A stretch of 64,000 bases of DNA from Candidatus Hadarchaeales archaeon. GTDB taxonomy: Archaea > Hadarchaeota > Hadarchaeia > Hadarchaeales > WYZ-LMO6. This document shows, piece after piece, positions 53,243-63,170 of this stretch. The notes under the pieces were generated by a model. The model saw only the letters and a program-made list of their open reading frames with translations, ran no database searches and was not told where the DNA came from. The stretch lies in assembly GCA_038851755.1 (NCBI GenBank), contig JAWCKR010000003.1, forward strand, positions 1 through 64,000. The letters are read 5' to 3'. The stretch's first letter is position 1; every line of letters starts with the position of its first letter. The position numbers and the translations under genes are program-made.

Positions 53243-54307
53243 CTAACTCTTTCCAGCCTTCACTATCTTGTAGCCGGAAGCTTTCCTCAGCCTGTTCATC
53301 ACGGCCACTCCCAGTCCCCGGAGGGGCACACCCTCGGCCAGGATCACCTCCACCCCCTGAGCCTCCAGCTCTCGAAGGGCCCCGAAGAGCCTTCTGGCAG
53401 CTTCCCTCGGCTCCCCCCTTCTTCCCAGCGAGGCCGAGGCCTCGGCCCTGCAGCGGGAAAGGGTTTCCTCCGTGGCCAGGATTCCCACTTTCTTGCCCTT
53501 TCTCTTAAGCTCCCCTGCCAGCTCCGACAGCTTCTCCTCCACCGCTTCCGGCTCCCCCTCCACCACCCACATCTCCGCGCTGGGGGCGTAGTGCCTGTGC
53601 TTCATGCCCGGCGATTTGGCCCTTTCCACCTCCACCTCCCTCTCGGCCAAGGCGGAAGGATGGAAGAACACCTCCCCCAGCACCTCCTCCAGGGCCTCTC
53701 TGGGAGTTCCCCCTGGGCGGAGGATCTGGGGTGGCGTGACCGTGAGGTCGAGCACCGTGGATTCCACCCCCACCGCCGTGGGGCCCGCGTCGAGGATCAG
53801 GTCTATCCTCCCCTCCAGGTCCTGCAGCACGTGTTCAGCCCTCGTGGGGCTGGGTCTTCCCGCCAGGTTGGCACTGGGGGCGGCCACGGGGGTACCGCTC
53901 CTGCGGATGAGGGCCAGGGCCACTGCGTGGTTGGGCATGCGTAGGGCTATCGTTTCCAGCCCGCAGGTGGTGACGGAGGGAACGGAGGGCGAGCGCTTCA
54001 GGACCAGCGTGAGGGGTCCGGGCCAGAACCTCTCCACCAGCCTTTCCGCCTGCGGGGGCACCTCCACCGCCAGGCGGTGGAGTTCCTCAGGATTCCCCAC
54101 GTGCACGATGGGGGGGTTGTCCAGCGGCCTCTTCTTGGCCTCAAAGAGGGAGAGCACGGCCTTGGGGTTGAGGGCGTCGGCCCCGAGCCCGTACACGGTC
54201 TCTGTGGGGAAGGCCACGAGACCACCCTCTCTCAGCTTCTTGGCCGCCACCTCGATCTTCTCGGGGTCGGGGTTCCGTGGATCCACCTTCAGGACCAGCG
54301 TCTTCAT
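53243..54307 (-). CDS. sua5: Threonylcarbamoyl-AMP synthase Sua5
   Basis: AFPTETVYGL, KKRP.DNP.IVH, WPGPLT, APSAN, PGMKHRHYAP. Confidence 0.94.
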   Translation of the reverse strand: MKTLVLKVDPRNPDPEKIEVAAKKLREGGLVAFPTETVYGLGADALNPKAVLSLFEAKKRPLDNPPIVHVGNPEELHRLAVEVPPQAERLVERFWPGPLTLVLKRSPSVPSVTTCGLETIALRMPNHAVALALIRRSGTPVAAPSANLAGRPSPTRAEHVLQDLEGRIDLILDAGPTAVGVESTVLDLTVTPPQILRPGGTPREALEEVLGEVFFHPSALAEREVEVERAKSPGMKHRHYAPSAEMWVVEGEPEAVEEKLSELAGELKRKGKKVGILATEETLSRCRAEASASLGRRGEPREAARRLFGALRELEAQGVEVILAEGVPLRGLGVAVMNRLRKASGYKIVKAGKS

Positions 54308-54348
54308 CCCCGTTCCTTCTACCGTGGAGTAAAAGAAGTCAGCGAGGG

Positions 54349-54424
54349 TGGTGGGCCCGCTGGGATTCGAACCCAGGATCTTCGCCTCGTCAAGGCGACG
54401 TCATAGCCGCTAGACCACGGGCCC
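54349..54424 (-). tRNA. tRNA-Val(GAC), CCA encoded
   Basis: Reverse complement GGGCCCGTGGTCTAG...TCGCC-TTGACGA-GGCGA...GGTTCGAATCC...GGGCCCACCA. Confidence 0.95.
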
Positions 54425-54449
54425 CCATCTCCTCTCTCTCCCCCCGTTT

Positions 54450-55106
54450 TTAACCCATCTCCCGGCCCTTTCCCCCCCTCCTCAGGGGGAGGGCCATCAC
54501 CACTCCTGCCAGGAACCCACCCACGTGGGCCCAGTAGGCAACACCCGAGGGGGCCCCCGCCACCAGCAGGAAGGAAGCGCTCAGGAACTGGAGCACGAAC
54601 CAGAAGCCCAGGAAGAAGAGGGCGGGTACCATGACCACGCGGATGAAGTAGAAGTACATGACGGCGGTAAGCACCCTAGCCCTGGGATAAAGGACGAGAT
54701 AGGCGCCCAAAACTCCTGAGATGGCTCCAGAGGCCCCTATGGCTGGAATGGTTGAGGAGGGATTGGAAAGGAGGTGTGAGAAGGAAGCCGCAAGCCCGCA
54801 GAGGAAGTAAAAGATCAAGAACTTCTTTCTGCCGAAGGCATCCTCTATGTTGTCCCCGAAGATCCAGAGGTAGAGCATGTTCCCGCCTATGTGGAGGAAG
54901 CCACCGTGGAGGAACATGGAGGTGAAAAGAGTATAAAGTTCCTTGCCTTGGGATACAAAAAAGGGTTTCATTCCGTATTCGTTCACGATTTCTTCGAAGG
55001 ATCCCGAAAAGTAAGACCAAAGGAAGATCCCGAAGTTCAGGATTATGAGGAGGGTGGTAAGGATGGGTCTACGGCGGGTAGGGTTTTCGTCCTTAAGGGG
55101 AAACAT
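54450..55106 (-). CDS. Rhomboid intramembrane serine protease
   Basis: FLHGG..H..GNM, GASGAI catalytic Ser, AHVGG catalytic His. Confidence 0.92.
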   Translation of the reverse strand: MFPLKDENPTRRRPILTTLLIILNFGIFLWSYFSGSFEEIVNEYGMKPFFVSQGKELYTLFTSMFLHGGFLHIGGNMLYLWIFGDNIEDAFGRKKFLIFYFLCGLAASFSHLLSNPSSTIPAIGASGAISGVLGAYLVLYPRARVLTAVMYFYFIRVVMVPALFFLGFWFVLQFLSASFLLVAGAPSGVAYWAHVGGFLAGVVMALPLRRGGKGREMG

Positions 55107-55551
55107 TCTTTCAAGAAACTTGTTCTCCGAGTTTTTCTTTCCATCGGAATCGAGAATTTTTATTGAGCCAGGTTAGTATTCTCAGGCGGGAAGAGCGTCT
55201 TTCCAGCTATTCATGGAGTCCAAGGGTTTCACCCTTATCATCTGGAATTCAAGCTCAGACCCTTTCCTTTCCCTATCTTAAAGCTCCCCGGATGGGACAG
55301 ATGAGGTTTTTTGGACGAGATCGAAGGCCAGTTCTTGCCCACACCCTGCACCTTTGTGGACATTCCCGTTCGTAGTATACCCCCCGACAGGAATTCCATT
55401 ATCCAATCCTTTCCGGTAAAAGCTTAGTCTTCCCCAGAGGGTGAAGGGTTTCATCCCCTCAGGAAGAAATATGGGCCCATCTCGATTTGAATTATAGGCA
55501 AACAAAATTTTTTTCTCGGTTTTCAGAAAACAAAAGTGAGGTTGTGGTCAC

Positions 55552-55755
55552 TTAGTCCCAAGTATTTGGATGCGAGGGGATTGGTTGCCCTTTGGAGGGA
55601 GGGCCTTTTGGCCAAGGGAATTTTGGAGGGCCGCTTACAGCCTGCGCCAAAAACTTAATCCTTTCAGGGTCAGCCGTACAAGGAGAAATCTCCCTAATCT
55701 CAATTTTCCTCACAAGAACATCTGCAAATAAGAGTTCTTCAAAATCCTCGCTCAT
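55552..55755 (-). pseudogene. Truncated N-terminus of a putative metal/(Fe-S)-binding protein
   Basis: ISPCTADPERIKFLA followed by an abrupt low-complexity tail; ATGA-coupled to the DGC gene. Confidence 0.4.
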
Positions 55756-56189
55756 TTCTCCATAATCGCCTTTATAATCAATTCTTTAGCCTTCTTTATG
55801 TCTTCTTGAGAAATGTATTTTTCAACGCCTAGGCCCTTGTCAATATCCGTGTGCAAAGCCACTTTTTTCATGCCTATGTCCCTAGCAAGCACAATGCTTT
55901 TGGTTATCTTGAAGCCAGCAGCCTCTATGGTTTTTCTTGCGCACTCAAATGGGCAGCCGTCCACCGTTATTATCTTCTTCGCAGCTTTAGCTTTACCCAA
56001 AACAGGCTTTACACCAAGAGGCACCGACGGCAGACAGCCAATAGCCACCTTTTCTAAGCCAAGCTCTTTAACGACTTCTAAACACGCCAGTGCGCTTGTT
56101 AATCCTGTGTTGGACAAGCCGCCAAAACATGAGAACAAAATGTTTTCATGAGTTGGCATTCCTTCCTGCCATTCGCCTTCCTTTGCCAT
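55752..56189 (-). CDS. Putative zinc-binding DGC-domain protein
   Basis: SCFGG.SN.G, GCL, VDGCPFECA; AT-rich codon usage. Confidence 0.82.
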   Translation of the reverse strand: MAKEGEWQEGMPTHENILFSCFGGLSNTGLTSALACLEVVKELGLEKVAIGCLPSVPLGVKPVLGKAKAAKKIITVDGCPFECARKTIEAAGFKITKSIVLARDIGMKKVALHTDIDKGLGVEKYISQEDIKKAKELIIKAIMEK

Positions 56190-56894
56190 TTACATCTTCT
56201 CCTCATACCATTTTTTGTTGATTTCGTATACTACACGCCTGCCTCTCTTAAGGCTTCTTTTAGGGTTTCCTCGCATCGTTTGCTGAGGGATAAAGGTGAA
56301 GTACTGGTGTCTGGCCTTGCTTAATCCCCTTCTGACCACGAGCATGGCTGGAACTTTAGTGAATGTTACACCTTCTTTATTCACTTCGGCTTCTACGAAA
56401 TCTCCAAGCCTTATGCCATCAGTTCCCGTATAGTTGCCTAGGCTTTGGGGTCTCAGCCCACTGAAGGCCATGAGGGCTATTGAAACCCTAGCCCTTGGAG
56501 TAGCCATACGGAGGATTCTGTCAAGCTCCTCCTTGCTTGGAACCCTTTCGTTGGCTATGGTTGGCGTTTCATGCTCACCCCTAACATTAACCTTGAGCCT
56601 TACATCTAAGCCGTTATAGCTGAACCAGGAGTGCAGCGTCTTCTTGAACCTTGCAATGTAGGAGCCCACCTTGCCCTCCCTCTCCAGCCTGCGGACAAAA
56701 TCGGTGAAAGCATCCCTGAAAGCCTTAGTCTTCGCAGCCTTAAGCAATGCTTTTGGATCAGTCCCATTAAGCTCGCAGTAAAACCCAAGATTCCTAAGGT
56801 AAACAGTGGCCGTCAAATAAGACTTAGCCGCCAAATTATCAAACCAGCGCCGAACATCCGCATCCTCAAGCAAATAAGCATACTTAGCCCTCAA
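56190..56894 (-). pseudogene. Tyrosine recombinase/integrase, C-terminally truncated
   Basis: SAM-like N-domain, PSKEEL..IL, AFSGLRP (Arg I), LSKA (Lys); no HxxR or catalytic Tyr region; starts 60 nt after tRNA-Ala. Confidence 0.8.
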
Positions 56895-56954
56895 CCCTTA
56901 TCAAATTATGGGAAAGAACATTCCATTATTTAAGGATTCGCTTAAAAAATTAAG

Positions 56955-57029
56955 TGGACCGGGCGGGATTTGAACCCGCGACCTCCCGCATGCCAAGCGG
57001 GCGATCATACCAGGCTGATCTACCGGCCC
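56955..57029 (-). tRNA. tRNA-Ala(GGC), CCA not encoded
   Basis: Reverse complement GGGCCGGTAGATCAG...CCCGC-TTGGCAT-GCGGG...GGTTCAAATCC...CCGGTCCA; G3:U70 present. Confidence 0.95.
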
Positions 57030-57075
57030 ACCCTACTGCATCAGGAGGAAAGGGATATAGAGGTTTTCGGCCGGT

Positions 57076-57261
57076 CTACCTCAGCCTCAGTCTGTGCACC
57101 GTCTTGGTCTTCCAGCTGTACTTGTACATCCTTCTGGTCCTGCCGAACCCGCAGGCCGCACACACCCCCTTCTGGAGGTGGAACGACCTCCTCCCGCACC
57201 TGCGGCACCTGATGTGCACGGGCTTGTGCTTCTTCCCCATCGAGGGAGTGCCCTTCGTCAT
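57076..57261 (-). CDS. rpl37e: 50S ribosomal protein L37e
   Basis: [26 protein letters not shown]. Confidence 0.95.
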   Translation of the reverse strand: MTKGTPSMGKKHKPVHIRCRRCGRRSFHLQKGVCAACGFGRTRRMYKYSWKTKTVHRLRLR

Positions 57262-57266
57262 CTTCC

Positions 57267-57512
<246 letters not shown>

Positions 57513-57606
57513 TCACCCCGTTATTAATCCCTTTCTGAGGCTCCCGGGCCCAGGACTGACAGCAGGGGTTAATATAGGGCCGGAGCCAGCGAGGAGCGGT
57601 GGTGGG

Positions 57607-58077
57607 ATGGTCAGGAGGTACAGGCTGAGGAAGTCCGAGATCAGGGAGCTGAAGGAAAGGGCGGCGAGGGAGCTGGGGAAGGAGGTGGAGGGGGAGACGT
57701 TCGAGGTGGTGGAGGAGGAGGGAAGGAGGATCATCCTGGTGGATGGCTCGGTCTCCCTCCTTGAGGAGGGGGGAAAGCTCCTTCCCTTCGTGGGGGCCGC
57801 AGAGGGACTGGGGAGGAGGGTGGTGGTGGACATGGGGGCGGTCCCCTACCTAGCGAGGGGGGCGGACGTGATGTCCCCCGGGGTGGTGAGGGTGGAGGGG
57901 GAAATAAGACCAGGGGAGGTCGTGGCAGTGGTGGACGAGAGGCACGGGAAGGTGCTGGCGGTGGGGGAGGCGCTGGTGCCCGGGGAGGAGATGGTGGGGA
58001 GGAAGGGGAAGGTCGTGAAAAACCTGCACCACGTGGGGGACGCGGTTTGGAAGCTGATGGAAAAAGGATTTAAATAA
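57607..58077 (+). CDS. PUA-domain RNA-binding protein (Tma20/MCT-1-like)
   Basis: VVDMGAV..L..GADVMSPG, LAVG, KGKVV.NLHHVGD. Confidence 0.88.
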   Translation: MVRRYRLRKSEIRELKERAARELGKEVEGETFEVVEEEGRRIILVDGSVSLLEEGGKLLPFVGAAEGLGRRVVVDMGAVPYLARGADVMSPGVVRVEGEIRPGEVVAVVDERHGKVLAVGEALVPGEEMVGRKGKVVKNLHHVGDAVWKLMEKGFK

Positions 58078-58095
58078 ACGGCTTCGAGGTTTTTC

Positions 58096-58950
58096 GTGCT
58101 CCAGGTAGACGTGTTCTGGGTGTATGGGATAGGCGCGATGGCCGCCACGGCGGCCGGCAGGCAGCTGGCGGAACTTGGGAAGGCCAAGGCAGGTTTCAGG
58201 GAGGCCACCCCCTTCGGGAGCAAGTACTTCGCCCTGCTGCTCCTCTACCTCTCCCTGATCTTCGTGCCGGAGGCCCTCTGGCTCACCTGGAACTTCCCCC
58301 ACTGGGAGACCATGCACCTGGTGGGAAGCCTGGAGGAGATTCCCGCCTGGGGAATTGTCCTCTCGGCGGTGGGAGACATAGCGGTGGCGGTCTTGGGCTA
58401 CTGGGTCGCCTACAAGCTCCTCAGCCGGGGCAAGCTCTACGCCGCCCACCTGCAGTGGGTGCTGGGCTACTTCCTCTTCTTCTTCGTCCTGACCTGTGGC
58501 TGGGACGGGAGGGGGTGGGAAAGGTTCATGTACGACCCCACGGTGAAGGGAGGGGTTCTCTGGACCCCTGGCACCCACATGGGGCCTCTGGACTTCGCTA
58601 CGAGCAGGGTGGCCCTGACCCTCTACGCCATGGCGCTCCCCACCATCCTCCCACTGGTGGTCTGGGGGTACCGCTGGCTGAAGGAGGGCTTCCTGCTCCA
58701 GGAGCTCCCGCCGGAGAAGGCCTCCACCAGGGCGGCCGCGGGCGTGGGCTTCTACTTCGCAGGGGTGGGGGTGGCCCTCCTCTCCGCGGCGGTCGTCACC
58801 CTCCTCATCCACCTCCTCTCCTCACCCCTGGGTCTTCCCCTGGCGTATGTCCTGGGTTTCCTGATCTTCCTCCCCCCCGTCTACCTGCTGGGACTGAAGA
58901 AGGGGAGACCCCTCCACCTCGCCTTCAAGAAGTACTTCCTGACGGATTAG
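58096..58950 (+). CDS. Hypothetical polytopic membrane protein
   Basis: About seven hydrophobic segments, host codon usage, TTTAAATA upstream. Confidence 0.7.
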   Translation: MLQVDVFWVYGIGAMAATAAGRQLAELGKAKAGFREATPFGSKYFALLLLYLSLIFVPEALWLTWNFPHWETMHLVGSLEEIPAWGIVLSAVGDIAVAVLGYWVAYKLLSRGKLYAAHLQWVLGYFLFFFVLTCGWDGRGWERFMYDPTVKGGVLWTPGTHMGPLDFATSRVALTLYAMALPTILPLVVWGYRWLKEGFLLQELPPEKASTRAAAGVGFYFAGVGVALLSAAVVTLLIHLLSSPLGLPLAYVLGFLIFLPPVYLLGLKKGRPLHLAFKKYFLTD

Positions 58951-59024
58951 GAAGCTCAGAGACGAGTCTTCATTGGGAATCTTAAATACTTAAATAAAGG
59001 GAAGTGGATGGAGGTTGGGCGTCC

Positions 59025-59396
59025 ATGAGAGCCTTCAAGAAGATCTTCCAGAAACCCGCGGGGGGGGCGGAAGGGGTGCAGGTGGTGGAGACCGAGGTGG
59101 CCAAGGAGGAGAAGCTGGGGATAGAGCCCATCCACATAAAGAGCATGAATCTGGAGTCCTCCGAGGACCTGAAGAAGGTGGGAGACGAGCTGCGGTCCGG
59201 AAACATCGTGATCCTGAACATCACCTCCTTCATGAGCAGGGACGTGGAGGGTCTGAAGCAGGCCATAGCCCAGCTCAAGGGGATGTGCTACGCCATAGGC
59301 GGCGACATAGGCAGGCTGGGGGACTCCTGGATAGTGGCCACCCCGAAGTACGTGACCATCCAGTTCAGGGAGCAGGGGACCGGTCCGGTCACCTGA
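59025..59396 (+). CDS. sepF: Cell division protein SepF (archaeal)
   Basis: ELRSGNIVILNI, LK....GGDIGRLG..IVATP. Confidence 0.85.
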   Translation: MRAFKKIFQKPAGGAEGVQVVETEVAKEEKLGIEPIHIKSMNLESSEDLKKVGDELRSGNIVILNITSFMSRDVEGLKQAIAQLKGMCYAIGGDIGRLGDSWIVATPKYVTIQFREQGTGPVT

Positions 59397-61290
59397 GCCT
59401 TATCGCCTCCAGGTTGGGCGGGGCCCTCGTTTCCACCCTGAAGATCTTGTGCAGGGTGCTGGCCAGGTTCAGGCATCTGCTTTCCTCCCCGTGGCAGCAT
59501 ATCACCCTGGAGGGCTTGGAGGAGAGCCTCCTGACGTAGTTGAGGAGCTGGTTCCTGTCCGAGTGACCGCTGAACCCATCCACGGTTTCTACCCTCATCT
59601 TCACCTCCACCACCTCCGCCCTGCCGTCCTTCCCCCTCAGGGGCACCTCCCTCCACCCCTTCTGGATCCTGCGCCCGAGGGAGCCCTCGCTCTGGTACCC
59701 GACGAACACCAGCGTGTTCCTGGGGTCCGGGGCAAGCTGCCTGAAGTACTCCAGCACGGGTCCCCCCGTCATCATGCCCGCCGTGGCCAGGATCACGCAC
59801 GGTCCCCCGTCCACGATGGCCTGCCTGTCGTCGGGCTTCTTTACCTGGATGAAGATCTCGGAAAGGAAGGGGTTGTCGTCCTGGAAGATCAGCTTCCTCA
59901 GGACGGGGGAGAGGTACTCTGGGTAGAGGGCGTGGATGGCCGTGGCCTCCCAGATCATCCCGTCCAGGTAGACCTCCCCTTCGAACTCTCCTTTGCGGTA
60001 GGCCTCCTCCAGCAGCATCATGATCTCCTGCGACCTCCCCACCGCGAACACCGGCACCAGCACCTTCCCTCCCCCCTCCATGGTTTCCCTCACCAGCTGC
60101 AGGAACCTCTCCTCCGCCTCCGCCCTGGGGAGCTGGATGCTGTCGGGCCCTCCGTAGGTGCTCTCCATGATGAGGGTCTCCACCCTGGGGAAGGAACAGA
60201 CGGCGGGGAGGAAGAGCTTCGTCTTGTCGAACTTGATGTCCCCCGTGTAGACCACGTTGTGCAGTCCCTCCCCGAAGTGGAGGTGGACCACCGAGGAGCC
60301 CAGGATGTGGCCAGCGTTGTACAGGGCGATCTTGAGGTCGGGAGAGATGTCGGTGATTTCGCCCCACTCCAGCGTGATGCAGTGCTGCACGAAGGTGCGT
60401 ACCTCCTTCTGGGTGAAGGGGGAGGCCTTGTCCTCCTTCTCCCCCACCTCCAGGTAGTCCTGCAGCAGGAGCACGGCCAGGTCCCTGGTGGGAGGGGTGC
60501 AGTACACGGGTCCGTCGTACCCGTAGCGGTAGAGATAGGGGAGGAAGCCCACGTGGTCCAGGTGGGCGTGGGAGATCACCACCGCGTCGAGTTCGGCAAG
60601 CCTGCACTCCGGGGCCTCCAGGTGGGGATAGGCCCTGTCCTCCGAGGCCACGTTCACTCCGCAGTCGAGCATCACCTTGCTCTCCGGGGTCTGGAGGAGG
60701 AGAGAGGACCGCCCCACCTCCCTGGCACCCCCTAGCAGGGAGATCCTCAGCCAGTCCCCCCTCCCCCTGGGCTGCCTGTGGATTCTCCTCCCTATCCCCT
60801 GCAGGATCTCCAGCTTCTTTCCGCTGTTCTGCAGGAGGGAGAAGCGTATGCCCTGGATGAGGTCGGACTGGATGGGCGGGGTCCGGACCACCCTGGGGGC
60901 CCACCCTATCTCCTTCATCACCATCCTGAGGGTGGAGCCGTCCCTCCCTATCGCCACCCCAGGCCTCTGGGCCTCCACCACCACCTCTCCCGTGGTCCTG
61001 TCGAAGAGGACGGCCGTTATTCCCGCCTCGGGGGGGATGAGCTCCCTTATCCTCTTCTCCGCCTCGCCCTCCTCCAGCAGCAGCTGGGGGTCGGGCCTCA
61101 GGATGATGCGCTTGTGGAGCTTCTTGGCCAGGTCCCTGATGGCATCCCCTCCCTCCGTGAGGAGGCTGAGGTTCTTGCAGTACATCACGATCTTCGGCCC
61201 CTCGAACTCCACACCTGAAACCGACTCTCCCAGCACGGGGTCCTGCTTGATGAACTCCTTCGCCTGTTGTAGCAGATCTTCCGTCGCCAT
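59389..61290 (-). CDS. fttA: Beta-CASP ribonuclease aCPSF1/FttA
   Basis: N-terminal KH domains (FEGP, PG.AIG), GGAREVGRS, SHAHLDH, AGHILGS, FSGHSD, HGE. Confidence 0.95.
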   Translation of the reverse strand: MATEDLLQQAKEFIKQDPVLGESVSGVEFEGPKIVMYCKNLSLLTEGGDAIRDLAKKLHKRIILRPDPQLLLEEGEAEKRIRELIPPEAGITAVLFDRTTGEVVVEAQRPGVAIGRDGSTLRMVMKEIGWAPRVVRTPPIQSDLIQGIRFSLLQNSGKKLEILQGIGRRIHRQPRGRGDWLRISLLGGAREVGRSSLLLQTPESKVMLDCGVNVASEDRAYPHLEAPECRLAELDAVVISHAHLDHVGFLPYLYRYGYDGPVYCTPPTRDLAVLLLQDYLEVGEKEDKASPFTQKEVRTFVQHCITLEWGEITDISPDLKIALYNAGHILGSSVVHLHFGEGLHNVVYTGDIKFDKTKLFLPAVCSFPRVETLIMESTYGGPDSIQLPRAEAEERFLQLVRETMEGGGKVLVPVFAVGRSQEIMMLLEEAYRKGEFEGEVYLDGMIWEATAIHALYPEYLSPVLRKLIFQDDNPFLSEIFIQVKKPDDRQAIVDGGPCVILATAGMMTGGPVLEYFRQLAPDPRNTLVFVGYQSEGSLGRRIQKGWREVPLRGKDGRAEVVEVKMRVETVDGFSGHSDRNQLLNYVRRLSSKPSRVICCHGEESRCLNLASTLHKIFRVETRAPPNLEAIRLR

Positions 61291-61309
61291 GAGCTTCACG
61301 TTGTGAGGA

Positions 61310-61975
61310 TCAGGAAAGCTTGAGGATTTCCTCGGGGGAAAGGCTCTGGATGCCGCTCTCCCTCACCACCAGCACCTCCACCTCGTTGCCGGTGGCTATG
61401 TCCCTCTTCATAGCGGTCCTCACGGCCTTCACCGCCACGGGGAGGACCTCCTTGACCTTGGCACCCTCCTTCACCTCGTTCTCCAGGACTCCGTAGGCCA
61501 CGGGTGAGCCCGATCCCGTGGCCACCATCTTCTCCTCCGTGAGGGTGCCCTCCATGCCCACGAAGTAGAGCCTGGGGCCGTCCTCGTCCACGCCCCCCAC
61601 CAGAAGATGGGCCAGGTAGGGCAGGAAGAACTGCGAGTGGAGGAGGTTGGAGGCCATCTTGGCCACGGCGCCCACCGTGATGGGTCTCCCCTCCCTCACC
61701 GTGTAGAGGGAGGCCTCCGCCCTCAGCATTCTGATCAGGGCCTGCACGTCTCCTACTCCTCCCGCCACGGTAGCGGCCACTCTCTCGGTTATCCCGTAGA
61801 GCTTCTTGGCTCTCTTGCTGGCGATGAGGTGTCCTGCCGTGGCCCTGGTGTCCGCGGCCAGCACCACGCCGTCCTTGCAGACCACTCCTACGGTGGTGGT
61901 ACCGGTGAATTTCTTTGGGTCCCTCTCCACTAGCTCAACTCCCAGAAAACGACCATCCTCTCTTTGTGATTCCAT
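61310..61975 (-). CDS. psmB: Proteasome beta subunit
   Basis: Propeptide then GTTTVG, ADTRAT, ATGSGS, RD.ATG. Confidence 0.94.
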   Translation of the reverse strand: MESQREDGRFLGVELVERDPKKFTGTTTVGVVCKDGVVLAADTRATAGHLIASKRAKKLYGITERVAATVAGGVGDVQALIRMLRAEASLYTVREGRPITVGAVAKMASNLLHSQFFLPYLAHLLVGGVDEDGPRLYFVGMEGTLTEEKMVATGSGSPVAYGVLENEVKEGAKVKEVLPVAVKAVRTAMKRDIATGNEVEVLVVRESGIQSLSPEEILKLS

Positions 61976-62008
61976 ATTTAAATTTTCTCTTTTCGATGGA
62001 AGTCGTGC

Positions 62009-63166
62009 ATGAGCGGTTTTGAGGTGAAGAACGTCTTCGAGCACGTGGACATGCTGGCGTACGAGATAGGGCCGAGGAAGGCGGGGAGCAGGGGAGACAG
62101 GAGGACGGTGGAGTACCTCTCCTCCAAACTCAGGGAGTACGGGCTGAAGGTCCACGTGCAGGAGTTCGGGTTCGTCGGCAGGACAAGACGCCTGGCTTTC
62201 ATGCTCTCCCTGGGCCTCCTCTTCCTCTCCCTCACCCTCTTTCTCCCTCCCCTTCTCTCCCTCCTCCTCTGGTCCCTCTTCCTCCTCCTCTCTGAGTTCT
62301 CAGGGAGGATCCTCCCCGGGCAGAAGACCTGCAACCTCCTGGCGGAGATGAAGGGTGAGGGAGAAAGGAAGGTACTCCTGGCGCACAGGGACTCGGCTTC
62401 CTGTGTTTCCCGCCCGCGTCTGCTGGAGGTATCCTCCCTCTTCCTCCCCCTCTCCCTCCTGCTTCCCTCCTTCCTCCTCCTCCTCAGGCTCCTCTTCCCC
62501 CCTCTCTGGCCTTGGGGAGGCTTCCTCTCCCTCTTCCTCTTCGCCCTCTTCCCCTCCCTCCGCCTCCTTTCCCTCTCCTCCAGCGTTTCGCCAGGGGCCA
62601 ACGACAACGCCTCTGGGGTGGCCCTGCTCCTGGAGGTGGCCAGGGTCTGCTCTCAGCTCAACCCCGTGCCCCCCCTGCTCCTCGCTTTCACGGGGGCGGA
62701 GGAGGAGGGCCTCTGGGGATCGAAGGCCCTCGCCTCAGGCGGGGTGCTGAGGAGGGAAGACAGGATCCTCAACGTGGACACGGTGGGGGTGGGAAGGGTG
62801 CACCTTGTGGTGGGGAGCGGGCTCTTGCGAAGGAGGGAGACCCCCAGGGGTCTCAACGAGGAGGTGAGGAGGTGCTTGAAGGAGGAGGGCTTGAGGCCTG
62901 GAGAGTGGTGGACGGTCTTCTCCGCTCATGACCACCTTCCCCTGCTCCGCAAGGGTTTTTCGGCCACCACCCTCACCGCAGACACGGGCCTCCGCGGGGA
63001 TTCTTCCCTCTTCAGGTTCTTCCGGATCCCCAAGGCGGGCAGGAGGGGATGGAGGTACCTGCACACGGAGGAGGATCTCCCTCCCAGGCTGGAGCTATCC
63101 ACCCTTGAGAGGGTGGGGAAGGCCCTGCTGAGGTTCGCGGGTGCGGGGGAGGGACCGGCCGGGTGA
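62009..63166 (+). CDS. Membrane-associated M28 family metallopeptidase
   Basis: IGPR.AGS, AHRDS, GANDNASG, AEEEG, NVD, H..D with internal TM hairpins. Confidence 0.85.
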   Translation: MSGFEVKNVFEHVDMLAYEIGPRKAGSRGDRRTVEYLSSKLREYGLKVHVQEFGFVGRTRRLAFMLSLGLLFLSLTLFLPPLLSLLLWSLFLLLSEFSGRILPGQKTCNLLAEMKGEGERKVLLAHRDSASCVSRPRLLEVSSLFLPLSLLLPSFLLLLRLLFPPLWPWGGFLSLFLFALFPSLRLLSLSSSVSPGANDNASGVALLLEVARVCSQLNPVPPLLLAFTGAEEEGLWGSKALASGGVLRREDRILNVDTVGVGRVHLVVGSGLLRRRETPRGLNEEVRRCLKEEGLRPGEWWTVFSAHDHLPLLRKGFSATTLTADTGLRGDSSLFRFFRIPKAGRRGWRYLHTEEDLPPRLELSTLERVGKALLRFAGAGEGPAG

Positions 63167-63170
63167 GGTG

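Larger units (their letters stand above)
55140..56954 (-). mobile_element. Decayed low-GC integrated element at the 3' end of tRNA-Ala
   Basis: Sharp drop in GC, truncated integrase, gene fragments, tRNA adjacency; distal boundary approximate and no att repeat found. Confidence 0.65.

Noticed and set aside
55100-55640. attL/attR direct repeat of the tRNA-Ala 3' end
   Set aside because: No copy of the tRNA 3' sequence was seen by eye on the far side of the island.
58951-58976. Possible C/D box sRNA on the minus strand (ATGAAGA...CTGA)
   Set aside because: Only 7 nt lie between the boxes and no second C'/D pair is visible.
62200-62590. CT-rich low-complexity tracts (GA-rich equivalents at 35800-36620)
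   Set aside because: Explained by Leu/Phe/Ser codons (CTC, TTC, TCC) in TM helices rather than a repeat element.
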